From: an uncultured Gammaproteobacteria bacterium | Lineage (GTDB): Bacteria; Patescibacteriota; Microgenomatia; Daviesbacterales; UBA10151 | Reading direction: 5' to 3' | NCBI GenBank assembly: GCA_964415615.1 | Contig: CAYQAW010000007.1 | Coordinates: 1 to 59,103, forward strand | DNA: 59,103 nucleotides | In this document: in pieces, positions 48,429 through 57,400 of the stretch | Layout of the letters: every line of letters starts with the position of its first letter | Numbering within the stretch: position 1 is the first letter of the stretch | Notes under the pieces: generated by a model | What the model saw: only the letters and a program-made list of their open reading frames with translations | Told to the model about the DNA's origin: nothing | Database searches by the model: none | Made by a program: the position numbers and the translations under genes

Positions 48429-49115
48429 ATGCCCACTCTGCCCTTGGATTTAACCACCCTACTGTTAATTTTTACCATCGTTTTAATCACAATTCTCTAT
48501 CTTCGTGAATATAACCAGAGAAAAAAACTTGAATCTTCTGAAGAGAGGTTCTTAGAACAATTCAAGGAGAAAGGCTGGAATACTTTACATAAATCCATCC
48601 AAAAATCTCAGGATTTACTGGGACAGGCAGAACTGGAAGGCATAAAAGTAGTAGCTGGCAGCAAAATTGAAACCTCCAAAATGGAGCAGGATTTTTCAAA
48701 AGAAATCTCTCAGTCTCTACTTGCATCTAAGCAAACTATAGCTTCTGCCCAAAATCAGCTTTTACAATTTATGACAGACTTACAAAAAAGAAGCGCTGAA
48801 TTTGAGGAAGCTAGCAAAAAAACAGGAGAACAAAGAATCAACCAGCTATTTGGCAGAATTGAAGAAAGACTAGCTGATCTGCTGGTACAGACAGAGCAAA
48901 GAACCACCTCTTCCATTGAACTGGAGTTAAAAAGCACCAGACAACTAATTGAAACTTATAAAAACGAGCAGCTTAAACTGATTGATGAAAATATTGTGGC
49001 CATGATGGAACAAACTTTAGGTATAGTCTTAAGCAAAAAACTGTCTTTAAAAGACCAACTGGATATTATTTATGAAGCACTTGAGAAAGCTAAGGTGGAG
49101 AAATTCATTGTATAA
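48429..49115 (+). CDS. Single-TM coiled-coil protein, F0 subunit b-like
   Basis: N-terminal TM, long charged helix, position in the atp operon. Confidence 0.55.
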   Translation: MPTLPLDLTTLLLIFTIVLITILYLREYNQRKKLESSEERFLEQFKEKGWNTLHKSIQKSQDLLGQAELEGIKVVAGSKIETSKMEQDFSKEISQSLLASKQTIASAQNQLLQFMTDLQKRSAEFEEASKKTGEQRINQLFGRIEERLADLLVQTEQRTTSSIELELKSTRQLIETYKNEQLKLIDENIVAMMEQTLGIVLSKKLSLKDQLDIIYEALEKAKVEKFIV

Positions 49116-49208
49116 ATAGCTATCAGCTATCAGTCTTCAGTCATCAGACAAGAAAAGTCTGACAGCTGACAGCTGACAGCTGACAGCGAAGCGATACTGA
49201 AGACTATT
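49116..49208 (+). repeat. Empty heptamer-arm hairpin filling the stop-to-start gap
   Basis: TAA|ATAGCTATCAG...GAC-aagaaaa-GTCTGACAG...GAAGACTATT|ATG. Confidence 0.92.
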
Positions 49209-49682
49209 ATGGATGACACGCTGGCCGTTATTTTAAAAGACACCTATTCCTTATCCCAACTCAAACATAGACTGAGGATCTTAAAATCCTCTCTTTTGAG
49301 AGCATTTTTTGGAGGAGAAAACCTCTCTTTTACTCCTGAACAACTAAGCTGGCTCAAATCCCTGCCCACTGAGTTTTATCAAAAATTTAACAAAGATAAT
49401 GTTTACCAAATCTTTACTGAAATTGACAAGGAGATGGGCAAACTTAAAACCTTAACTATGTATTTAACTTTTGAACCAGATGAGATGACTTTAGCCCAAC
49501 TAGGCACCTATATCAGAACCAATTTTGGTCCAAATTTCCTTTTGGATATTAAATTGAAACCAGACCTTATTGCTGGGCCTGCTTTAGTATGGAAAGGAAT
49601 TTATAAAGATTATTCTCTGAAAGCTAAACTGGAAAGTAAAAATACAGAAATTTTGCAGGAATTTAAGAAGTTCTTAAGGTAG
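49209..49682 (+). CDS. atpH: ATP synthase delta/OSCP-like subunit (divergent)
   Basis: C-terminal 'LDIKLKPDLIAG...KDYSLKAKL' resembles the delta C-domain; directly upstream of atpA. Confidence 0.6.
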   Translation: MDDTLAVILKDTYSLSQLKHRLRILKSSLLRAFFGGENLSFTPEQLSWLKSLPTEFYQKFNKDNVYQIFTEIDKEMGKLKTLTMYLTFEPDEMTLAQLGTYIRTNFGPNFLLDIKLKPDLIAGPALVWKGIYKDYSLKAKLESKNTEILQEFKKFLR

Positions 49683-49770
49683 TCGTCAGCCATCAGTTTT
49701 CAGCTATCAGACTAAAAAATTAAAAATCTGAAAGCTGACAGCTGAGAGCGAAGCGATACTGAAGACTATT
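49680..49770 (+). repeat. Empty heptamer-arm hairpin, atpH-atpA
   Basis: Arm begins with the TAG stop and ends GAAGACTATT 3 nt before ATG. Confidence 0.92.
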
Positions 49771-49773
49771 ATT

Positions 49774-51222
49774 ATGAATCAAAACGAAGTAGGTTATGTT
49801 GTATCAAGCAGGGATTTTCTAGTTTACCTAAATGGCTTCCCCACCATCAGAGTTAATGACATGGTGGAATCTGATAATAATCTCCGTGGCTGGGTTAATT
49901 CTACCCTAGAAGATAAAATTGAAGTTCTGATGTTAGATGAAGGAGAAATCAAACCAAAGCAACAATTTAAAAAACTACCTAACCGTTTAGGAATTGCTGT
50001 AGGAAATTCATTGCTAGGGCGGGCAGTCAACCCTTTAGGAATACCTATTGATGGTAAGGGCCTACTTTCCCATACTAAATCTACTGATATCTCAGAACTG
50101 GACAAAGAGGCCCCTGGAATAGAATCCAGAGAATTTATTACCACCCAATTTTTAACAGGAATAACTTTAATTGATACTTTGATTCCTCTGGGACAAGGCC
50201 AAAGAGAACTGGTTTTGGGAGATGCCCATTCTGGTAAAACAGGCTTCTTGATTGATACAGTTATAAATCAAAAAAACACTGGTGTAATTTGTGTGATAGC
50301 CTCAATTGGCAAACCTGCTGTGACAGTCAGGAATTTGATTGATACCCTAAAAAACAATGGTGCTTTGGATTATACAATTGTGGTTGCCACATCTTCTTCT
50401 GAACCAGCGCCTCTAATTTTTTTAACTCCTAAAACTGCCATGACTATTGCTGAATATTTCCAAAAACAGGGCAAAGATGTGCTGTTGATATTAGATGATT
50501 TAGGCTCGCATGCCAAAATCTACCGGGAAATTTCCCTGCTCGGCAACAAAGCCCCAGGCAGAGAATCTTATCCTGGAGATATTTTTTACCAGCATGCTCA
50601 TTTACTGGAAAGGGCTGGGAATTTTTTGCCACAATTTGGCGGAGGTTCTATCACAGCTCTACCTGTAATCGAGCTTAATTTAAATGATTTTACTACTCTT
50701 ATCCCTACAAATGTGATGTCCATGACTGATGGACATTTAATGTTTAAAGCTTCTATGCGTTCCCAGGGACAAATACCAGCCATAGATATTTCTTTATCAG
50801 TATCCAGAGTAGGCAGGCAAACTCAAAACCATTTAACTAATTTACTTTCTACTAAAATCAGGCAAGTTCTATCTGAAGCAGCAGATTTGGAAACAGTTTC
50901 CAGATTTTCTTCAGAACTACCAGCAGAAACTCAGCTGATATTAAAAAGAAGAGATTTAATCATGGAAATTTTAAAACAAGAATCTTTAACTGCTGTAGTC
51001 AAACAAATTCAAGTTATACTTCTGGCACTCCCCTTTACCAAATTCTTGCAGGATAAAAACAAAGCTTTTGTTGAAAAATATAAACCAATAATTATTGAAA
51101 ACTTTCTAAAAAATCCTGGACTTGTACCAATTACCAAATCCATCAACCAGTTAAAAAGTGACGAGGAATTAATAAAAATGCTGGAGGGAGCAGGACCAGT
51201 ACTGACAAAAATCTGCCAATAG
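49774..51222 (+). CDS. atpA: F1 ATPase alpha subunit (divergent)
   Basis: 'GQGQRELVLGD..SGKT', 'PGRESYPGDIFY', 'SMTDG', 'SVSRVG'. Confidence 0.93.
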   Translation: MNQNEVGYVVSSRDFLVYLNGFPTIRVNDMVESDNNLRGWVNSTLEDKIEVLMLDEGEIKPKQQFKKLPNRLGIAVGNSLLGRAVNPLGIPIDGKGLLSHTKSTDISELDKEAPGIESREFITTQFLTGITLIDTLIPLGQGQRELVLGDAHSGKTGFLIDTVINQKNTGVICVIASIGKPAVTVRNLIDTLKNNGALDYTIVVATSSSEPAPLIFLTPKTAMTIAEYFQKQGKDVLLILDDLGSHAKIYREISLLGNKAPGRESYPGDIFYQHAHLLERAGNFLPQFGGGSITALPVIELNLNDFTTLIPTNVMSMTDGHLMFKASMRSQGQIPAIDISLSVSRVGRQTQNHLTNLLSTKIRQVLSEAADLETVSRFSSELPAETQLILKRRDLIMEILKQESLTAVVKQIQVILLALPFTKFLQDKNKAFVEKYKPIIIENFLKNPGLVPITKSINQLKSDEELIKMLEGAGPVLTKICQ

Positions 51223-51310
51223 CTATCAGCTATCAGTCTTCAGCCATCAGACTAAAAATTTCAGAGTCTGAAAGCTGAAAGCTGAGAGCGAAGCGATACT
51301 GAAGACTATT
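51220..51310 (+). repeat. Empty heptamer-arm hairpin, atpA-atpG
   Basis: TAG stop inside the arm; GAAGACTATT directly before ATG. Confidence 0.92.
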
Positions 51311-52159
51311 ATGACTATAAAACAAATTGATGCAGCGCTGGAAGAAGGACAATCTTTAAAACAGATTGCTCAAGCTTATTCTGAAATTGCCAATCTGAAA
51401 ATTAAAAGAATCAGAACAGAGGTGGAAAGAAACAGGGTCTTTTTTAAAGAGATTGAAGGAGTTTATGCTTTGATTAAAAATCTGGCTGTCAGGAGAAAAA
51501 CAAATATTACCAAACCTAAAAAGACAATCAGCATAGTTTTAACTTCAAATCACAGGTTTTATGGCAACATTAACTCTGATCTATTAAAGTTTTTTGTAAG
51601 TTCTACTCAAAACTTAGATACAGATAGAATCATGCTGGGCAAGGCTGCAATAGATTATTTCAGGGCTGATCCCATATTTAAAGATTACCAGGAAATAACA
51701 TTAAAAGAGGACCAGCCAGATAGTGTTGAGCTGTTGGCTTTAACAAATATGGTCAAGGATTATAACCAAGTACTGGTTTTTTATTCCAGTATGAAAAGTT
51801 TACTAGTCCAGCAACCTGTGGTAACAGATATCACAGCCTCAAGTACACTCGTAGCAAGCGATCCCAATCTCCATCCTCAAAACAAAGAAGGATTTAAATT
51901 TATCTTTGAGCCGGATTTAGGTAAAATATTGCATTTTTTTGACAGTCAAATCATCACTCTACTAATTGAGGGGACATTTTTAGAATCTGAACTCTCCAGA
52001 ACAGCTTCCCGTTTTGTTTCCATGGATGGTGCAGAAACGCAGGCAAATAAATTTCTTAAAGATTATCAATTGATTAAAGCATATGCTAAAAGAAACATGG
52101 ACAACAATACAATTTTAGAAAATTTTGCTACTATGATAGCTGTAAGAAAGGAGCATTAG
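51311..52159 (+). CDS. atpG: F1 ATPase gamma subunit (divergent)
   Basis: 'IVLTSNHRFYGNIN', 'SELSRTASRFVSMDGA'. Confidence 0.88.
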   Translation: MTIKQIDAALEEGQSLKQIAQAYSEIANLKIKRIRTEVERNRVFFKEIEGVYALIKNLAVRRKTNITKPKKTISIVLTSNHRFYGNINSDLLKFFVSSTQNLDTDRIMLGKAAIDYFRADPIFKDYQEITLKEDQPDSVELLALTNMVKDYNQVLVFYSSMKSLLVQQPVVTDITASSTLVASDPNLHPQNKEGFKFIFEPDLGKILHFFDSQIITLLIEGTFLESELSRTASRFVSMDGAETQANKFLKDYQLIKAYAKRNMDNNTILENFATMIAVRKEH

Positions 52160-52279
52160 ACAATAGAAGGTAGAAGATAGTATTTTGATAATAGAAGTTA
52201 GATAGTAGATAATTCCATCTTCTATCTTCTATATTCAAAGATCCATTTTCTATTTTCCATCATCTATCGTCAGAACATT
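52160..52279 (+). repeat. Heptamer-arm hairpin of a different family (TAGAAGA/TCTTCTA), atpG-atpD
   Basis: Purine-rich 7-mer arm followed by a complementary pyrimidine-rich arm. Confidence 0.8.
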
Positions 52280-53779
52280 ATGTCAAATCCAACTGTTCAA
52301 AATAGTCCAAATATCGCCTCCACACCTTCCCTAAACCATCAAAATCGGGCCCGCGGAACCATCACCTCCGTCAATGGCCAAATTGCTACTGTTGAGATTG
52401 ACGGCGATATTTTTCCTGAACTTTTTGAGATACTGGCTGCACCCTCTGACCCCTCAGTAATTTTGGAAGTTTTTTCCCAGTCTGAACTTTCAATTTTTGT
52501 CCAGATTTTAAGTAATCCGGATAAACTATTCAGGGGCATGCAAGTTGTAGGCACTGGATCTGATTTAAAAGTCCCTGTGGGGTCTCCTGTTTTAGGACGG
52601 GTTATAGATTTATTTGGAATTCCCAAAGATAATGGCAAGGCAATAACTACAGATAAAAAAAGCTCTATTTATTCCAAAGCGCCATCTTTAAATATCGTTA
52701 AATCAACCTATCAGGTTTTAGAAACAGGCATCAAGGCTATAGATTTCCTGACCCCCATACAAAAAGGTGGAAAAGTGGGCTTTATAGGAGGAGCAGGTGT
52801 AGGAAAAACTATTTTACTTACAGAACTCATGCACAACATTACCTTAAGACCAGCCAGTTCACACCTCCCAGGTGAGCATAAGCTGCAGACTGAATCACAC
52901 CTGGGAGGTGAAAGTAAACCAGTCTATTCTGTATTTGCAGGTGTAGGAGAAAGAATTAGAGAAGGACAAGAGTTGGTTCAACGTTTACAAGAATCAGGAG
53001 TTTTACCTAAAACAATCCTGGTGCTGGGACAAATGAATGAAAATGCAGCTATCCGTTTCAGGATAGCTTTAGCAGCAGCAGCCCAGGCAGAATATTTTAG
53101 GGATGAAATAAAATCAGATGTGCTATTTTTTATTGATAATATGTTCAGGTATGTTCAGGCAGGAGCTGAGGTAGCAACGCTTCTGGGTACTATCCCCTCT
53201 GAACAAGCCTATCAGGCTACTCTTCAAACAGAGGTAGCAACCCTAGAAGACAGACTAATCCCTACAGGAAATGGGGCGATTACTTCTTTCCAGAATGTGT
53301 ACGTGCCAGCAGATGAAATTTCCGATGCTGGAGTAGTAGCTGTTATGTCGCTTCTGGATAATGCCATAGTACTATCACGTTCTGTTGCCCAAAAAGGTAT
53401 TTACCCTCCTATAGACTTATTCCAGTCCTCTTCTTCTACTGCTTCCAGGTCTTTCTTAGGTGAAGTGCATTTTAAAGCTTTAACAGAGTTTCAAAAGATT
53501 CTGGAAAACTATAACAAACTATCACACATTGTAGCAATTGTCGGAGAAGAAGAATTATCCCCGGAAAACAGGATACTTTATAACAGGACCAAAAAAATAA
53601 TAAATTATCTAACCCAGCCTTTTTTTATGACCGAAAAACAAACTGGCAAAAAAGGAGTTTATGTTTCCAGAGAGACTAGTGTAAAAGATATCGCAATAAT
53701 ACTTTCTGGCTCATTAGATAACACCCCAGCAGAAAAATTTATGTACATTGGATCTCTGGCTGACGCCAAGATAATATAG
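52280..53779 (+). CDS. atpD: F1 ATPase beta subunit
   Basis: 'GGAGVGKT', 'GVGERIREG', 'GQMNE', 'IDNMFRY', 'YVPADE'. Confidence 0.96.
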   Translation: MSNPTVQNSPNIASTPSLNHQNRARGTITSVNGQIATVEIDGDIFPELFEILAAPSDPSVILEVFSQSELSIFVQILSNPDKLFRGMQVVGTGSDLKVPVGSPVLGRVIDLFGIPKDNGKAITTDKKSSIYSKAPSLNIVKSTYQVLETGIKAIDFLTPIQKGGKVGFIGGAGVGKTILLTELMHNITLRPASSHLPGEHKLQTESHLGGESKPVYSVFAGVGERIREGQELVQRLQESGVLPKTILVLGQMNENAAIRFRIALAAAAQAEYFRDEIKSDVLFFIDNMFRYVQAGAEVATLLGTIPSEQAYQATLQTEVATLEDRLIPTGNGAITSFQNVYVPADEISDAGVVAVMSLLDNAIVLSRSVAQKGIYPPIDLFQSSSSTASRSFLGEVHFKALTEFQKILENYNKLSHIVAIVGEEELSPENRILYNRTKKIINYLTQPFFMTEKQTGKKGVYVSRETSVKDIAIILSGSLDNTPAEKFMYIGSLADAKII

Positions 53780-53855
53780 CTTTCAGTCATCAGTCTTCAG
53801 CTTTCAGACTTTTCTGATTTGTCTGATGACTGACAGCTGATAGCTGACGACTATT
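53777..53855 (+). repeat. Empty heptamer-arm hairpin, atpD-atpC
   Basis: TAG...GACGACTATT|ATG. Confidence 0.92.
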
Positions 53856-54122
53856 ATGCAAACCTTACATGTCAGAATCATCTCCCCTCAACAACTAATC
53901 TTAGATACTACTGCTTCCTCAGTCAGCTCCAAAAACCCCCAGGGGAATTTTGATATCTTACCCCAACATGCTAATTTTATAACCATTGTAGAAAATGAAC
54001 CTATTGTGGTAAGAACGCTGGACCAAAAATCTGTAACTTTTAAATTTCCTCTAGCTATAATTTTAACAAGAGAAAATAAGGTGAGTATTTATACATATAT
54101 CCAGCCTCAATTAGATAAGTAG
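53856..54122 (+). CDS. atpC: F1 epsilon subunit, N-terminal beta domain only
   Basis: 'LHVRIISP', 'GNFDILPQHANFIT'; 88 aa, no C-terminal helices. Confidence 0.85.
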   Translation: MQTLHVRIISPQQLILDTTASSVSSKNPQGNFDILPQHANFITIVENEPIVVRTLDQKSVTFKFPLAIILTRENKVSIYTYIQPQLDK

Positions 54123-54241
54123 TAATTTTCAAGTACCAATTATCAATTTACAATGAATTTTCAATGATTCAATTACCAATGTTTGAAAATTATTCCATTG
54201 ATCATTGATTGAAAATTGCAAAATTGAAAATTGTAAATTAA
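54120..54241. repeat. Heptamer-arm hairpin (AATTTTC/GAAAATT family) after atpC
   Basis: (CAATTNN)n arm versus (AAAATTG)n arm. Confidence 0.75.
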
Positions 54242-54344
54242 TTCTGATCCTTTTTGATTACCCCCTTTTTTCTTCTTAGTAATGAATTTTAATTACTAAG
54301 TATTAGTATTAACCATTATATATATTAATCATTAATAATAAGTC

Positions 54345-54414
54345 TTGACAAATGCGTCAAAATCTATGCATACTGGATATAGGATCTATGCATGATAAAA
54401 AAAGATGCATAGAT
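54345..54414 (+). promoter_or_regulatory. Promoter (TTGACA at 54345) with three ATCTATGCAT operator-like boxes
   Basis: Direct copies at 54362-54371 and 54384-54393, inverted copy at 54405-54414. Confidence 0.65.
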
Positions 54415-54482
54415 TTAGGGCAGAGCAGCCTAGATTTTTGCAGACGGAAGCCTGAATCCCTCTTTTTTTTACTTTTGTTTTT

Positions 54483-57400
54483 ATGGAAAAACCGTCTGCG
54501 AAAAAAGTTAATAGTTCAGAGTTAATAGTTAATAGTGAAAAAACTACAAACTACAAACTACAAACTAATAACTTCGTTAAGATTGGCCAAGCTTCTGAAA
54601 TCCTCGGAGTTTCTATTGACACCTTAAGAAGATGGGAGAGGCTTGGAAAAATCACAGTTCAAAGAACCCCCGGCGGAACAAGACTTTACCCTCTGTCTGT
54701 AAAAATTGGTGATGCCTCTAAAATTTTAGGAGTTTCTATTGACACCTTAAGAAGATGGGAAGCAGCTGGCAAAATAGCAACCATCAGAACCTCTGGCGGA
54801 ACAAGACTTTATTCCTTAGTATCCTTAAGCAGAAAAAATAAAGCTGAGCCTAAAAACACCAATAGCACAGAAGAATTACTCAAAAAAACTAACTCCGATT
54901 CAAAAAATATATCACCTAGCTCTTATATTATTCCTACATCTACTCCTATCACTCTGGAGAAAACAAAGGATATAAACAAATTCTTAATTGGAGCTGGATT
55001 TACTTTGGTAGTAATTTTAATAATTTCTGGCTTCATGGTTGCTTCTTTCCAAAAGAAAAATGGGCTATCTACCAACTACCAACCCCGATTCAATCGGGGC
55101 CAACTACCAACTACCAACTCTAATGTCCTGGCTGTAACAACTGTTTCTAAATATCTAGAAATAAACAGCGATACTCAAATCAATGGGTCTTTATCTGTGC
55201 GTGATGGCATCAATGGTTTAACCTTGGAAGCTACTCCTTCAACAAATAGCATTGCTTTAACATCAGGAGATACTACTTTGACTGTAACAAAGACTGCCAA
55301 ACTAGATCAAGATGTATCAACTACCTCTACTCCTACCTTTGCCAGTCTTAATTTATCCTCTACTAAAAATCAACTAGTTTTCCAAAGTGGTGGACCCACA
55401 GGCACTTTAACCTGGACTCCAACTGGTGCAAGAATTGTAACCTTACCTGATGCCACCACAACCTTAGTTGGTAAAGATACTACTGATACTTTAACCAACA
55501 AATCCATTTCTGGTTCTACCAATACTTTAACTAATATCCCCAATTCTGCTTTAACCAATCCATCTGTTACTGTAACTGCTGGGACCAACTTAACTGGTGG
55601 AGGAACTGTTGCACTAGGCGGTTCAGTTACCCTTGCTCTAAAAGACTCGCCTGCTTTTACTGGTCAGGTTCTGCTAACTGATGGAACAGCTGCTGCCCCA
55701 GCTTTAGCCTTCAGCAGTGATATTGATTCAGGTCTATATCTAATTGGTACAAACAAGATCGCTCTGATCACAGGAGGCACAGCTACCTCAGGTATTACTA
55801 TTGATGCATCTGGTAATTTAGGAGTAGCTAATAATGCTCCAGCATATAAATTAGACGTGACAGGCACAGCCAATATTACTTCCAATACTACTATTGGTGG
55901 AACTTTGGGAGTAACGGGCGCCTCGACTCTCTCTTCGACCCTAGGGGTATCTTCAGGATTATCTGTTGGTTCTGCTTACTACTCGCTTTCGCCACCACCA
56001 AATGGTGCCATTATAGAAGGTAATGTCGGAATCGGAACCAGCGCGCCTGGTTCTTTTGCGTTAAATGTAAACGGTGATGCTAATATCACCGGGAGCCTGA
56101 TAACCAGTCAATCTTTAACATTTTCCTCTCTTTCTCAAGGATCAGTTGTCTTTGCAGGCTCATCAGGAACTCTGTCTCAAAACAACCCAAACTTCTACTG
56201 GGATGATACCAATACCAGGCTGGGAATAGGCACCTCTGCTCCTTCTGATACCCTCACTGTCAGTGGTACTAGTTCTTTTGCTTCTACCTTAACTGCTTCC
56301 AATGGTTTAACTCTAACCACAGGAGCTTTAAATTTAACCTCTACCTCAGGAGCTGTTAACTTAGGGTTAACCTCCTCTACTCAAGCATTTAGATTAGGAG
56401 CTGGATTTAACTTTGATTCTACTAACTCCAGAGTTGGTATAGGTTCTACTGCTGCTCCAACTTCTGCTTTAACAGTAATTGGTAATATTGGTATTGGTAC
56501 CTCTGCTGCAGGAGCAGCCTTACAGGTAAATGGCGGAGGACTATTTGGCTGGGGGACAGCTTCTTCTTCCCTCTCTTCTGGAGCTATTTTAGGAGTTAAT
56601 GGAAATGTGGGAGTAGGAACTACTACACCTTTGGCTAACCTGCATGTAGTAGGACAGTGTGTGACTGGAGATACCAGGCTGAGGAGAAGGAAGAAAAAGA
56701 AGAATGGTGAGTGGTCTGATGAATATGAAGATATAGAGATTAAAGATATCCAAACAGGAGACCAAATCCTGTCCTTAAATGAGAGTACTGGTGAATTTGA
56801 ACCTCATACTGTCAAAGCCCTCAAAAATATGGGTAAACAGGGAGTATTCATGTTAGTTACCCAGTCAGGAAAAAGAATTGAAACTACAAATGAACACCCA
56901 TATCTGACTATTACACACCTGGAAGGAGTCAAGGCCCACCTTCCAGGTGCTAATCAACAAAAATCCTCTGTCTTTGAAGTTGATCAATCACCTAAGGTGG
57001 AAATCTTAACCCAAAAATCTGTGGTAGCAATAGCCCAAAAAAATCAAGCATTCACTTTAACAATCTCCAAAGAACTTAAAAGGAAATTGTTTGATAACTA
57101 CTATCAGGACAGACCTAAATTATTTGGACCGGAGATTTTTGCATTCTCCATCATAGATCTTTTACAAAAATCAAACACTTCTATCACCAGATTGGAAATT
57201 GATACTGATTACACAGGATATGGGATAAAGATTACGGCATTAATAAAAAGATTCTATCCGGAAATTGATGTCCGCTTTAAAGAAGTTGGTAAACACTCAC
57301 CTGCTCACTTGGCAGCATACCTTACCCAGACAGGAAGAAAAGTTCAGAAAACCAATAAAAAAGAGACCCTGGCCAATTTGAAACTCAAAGGCTTCTTGGC

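Noticed and set aside
49116-53855. Recurring intergenic repeats as a CRISPR or guide-RNA array
   Set aside because: The units are dispersed 7-mer inverted arms separated by whole genes, not constant repeats with uniform unique spacers.
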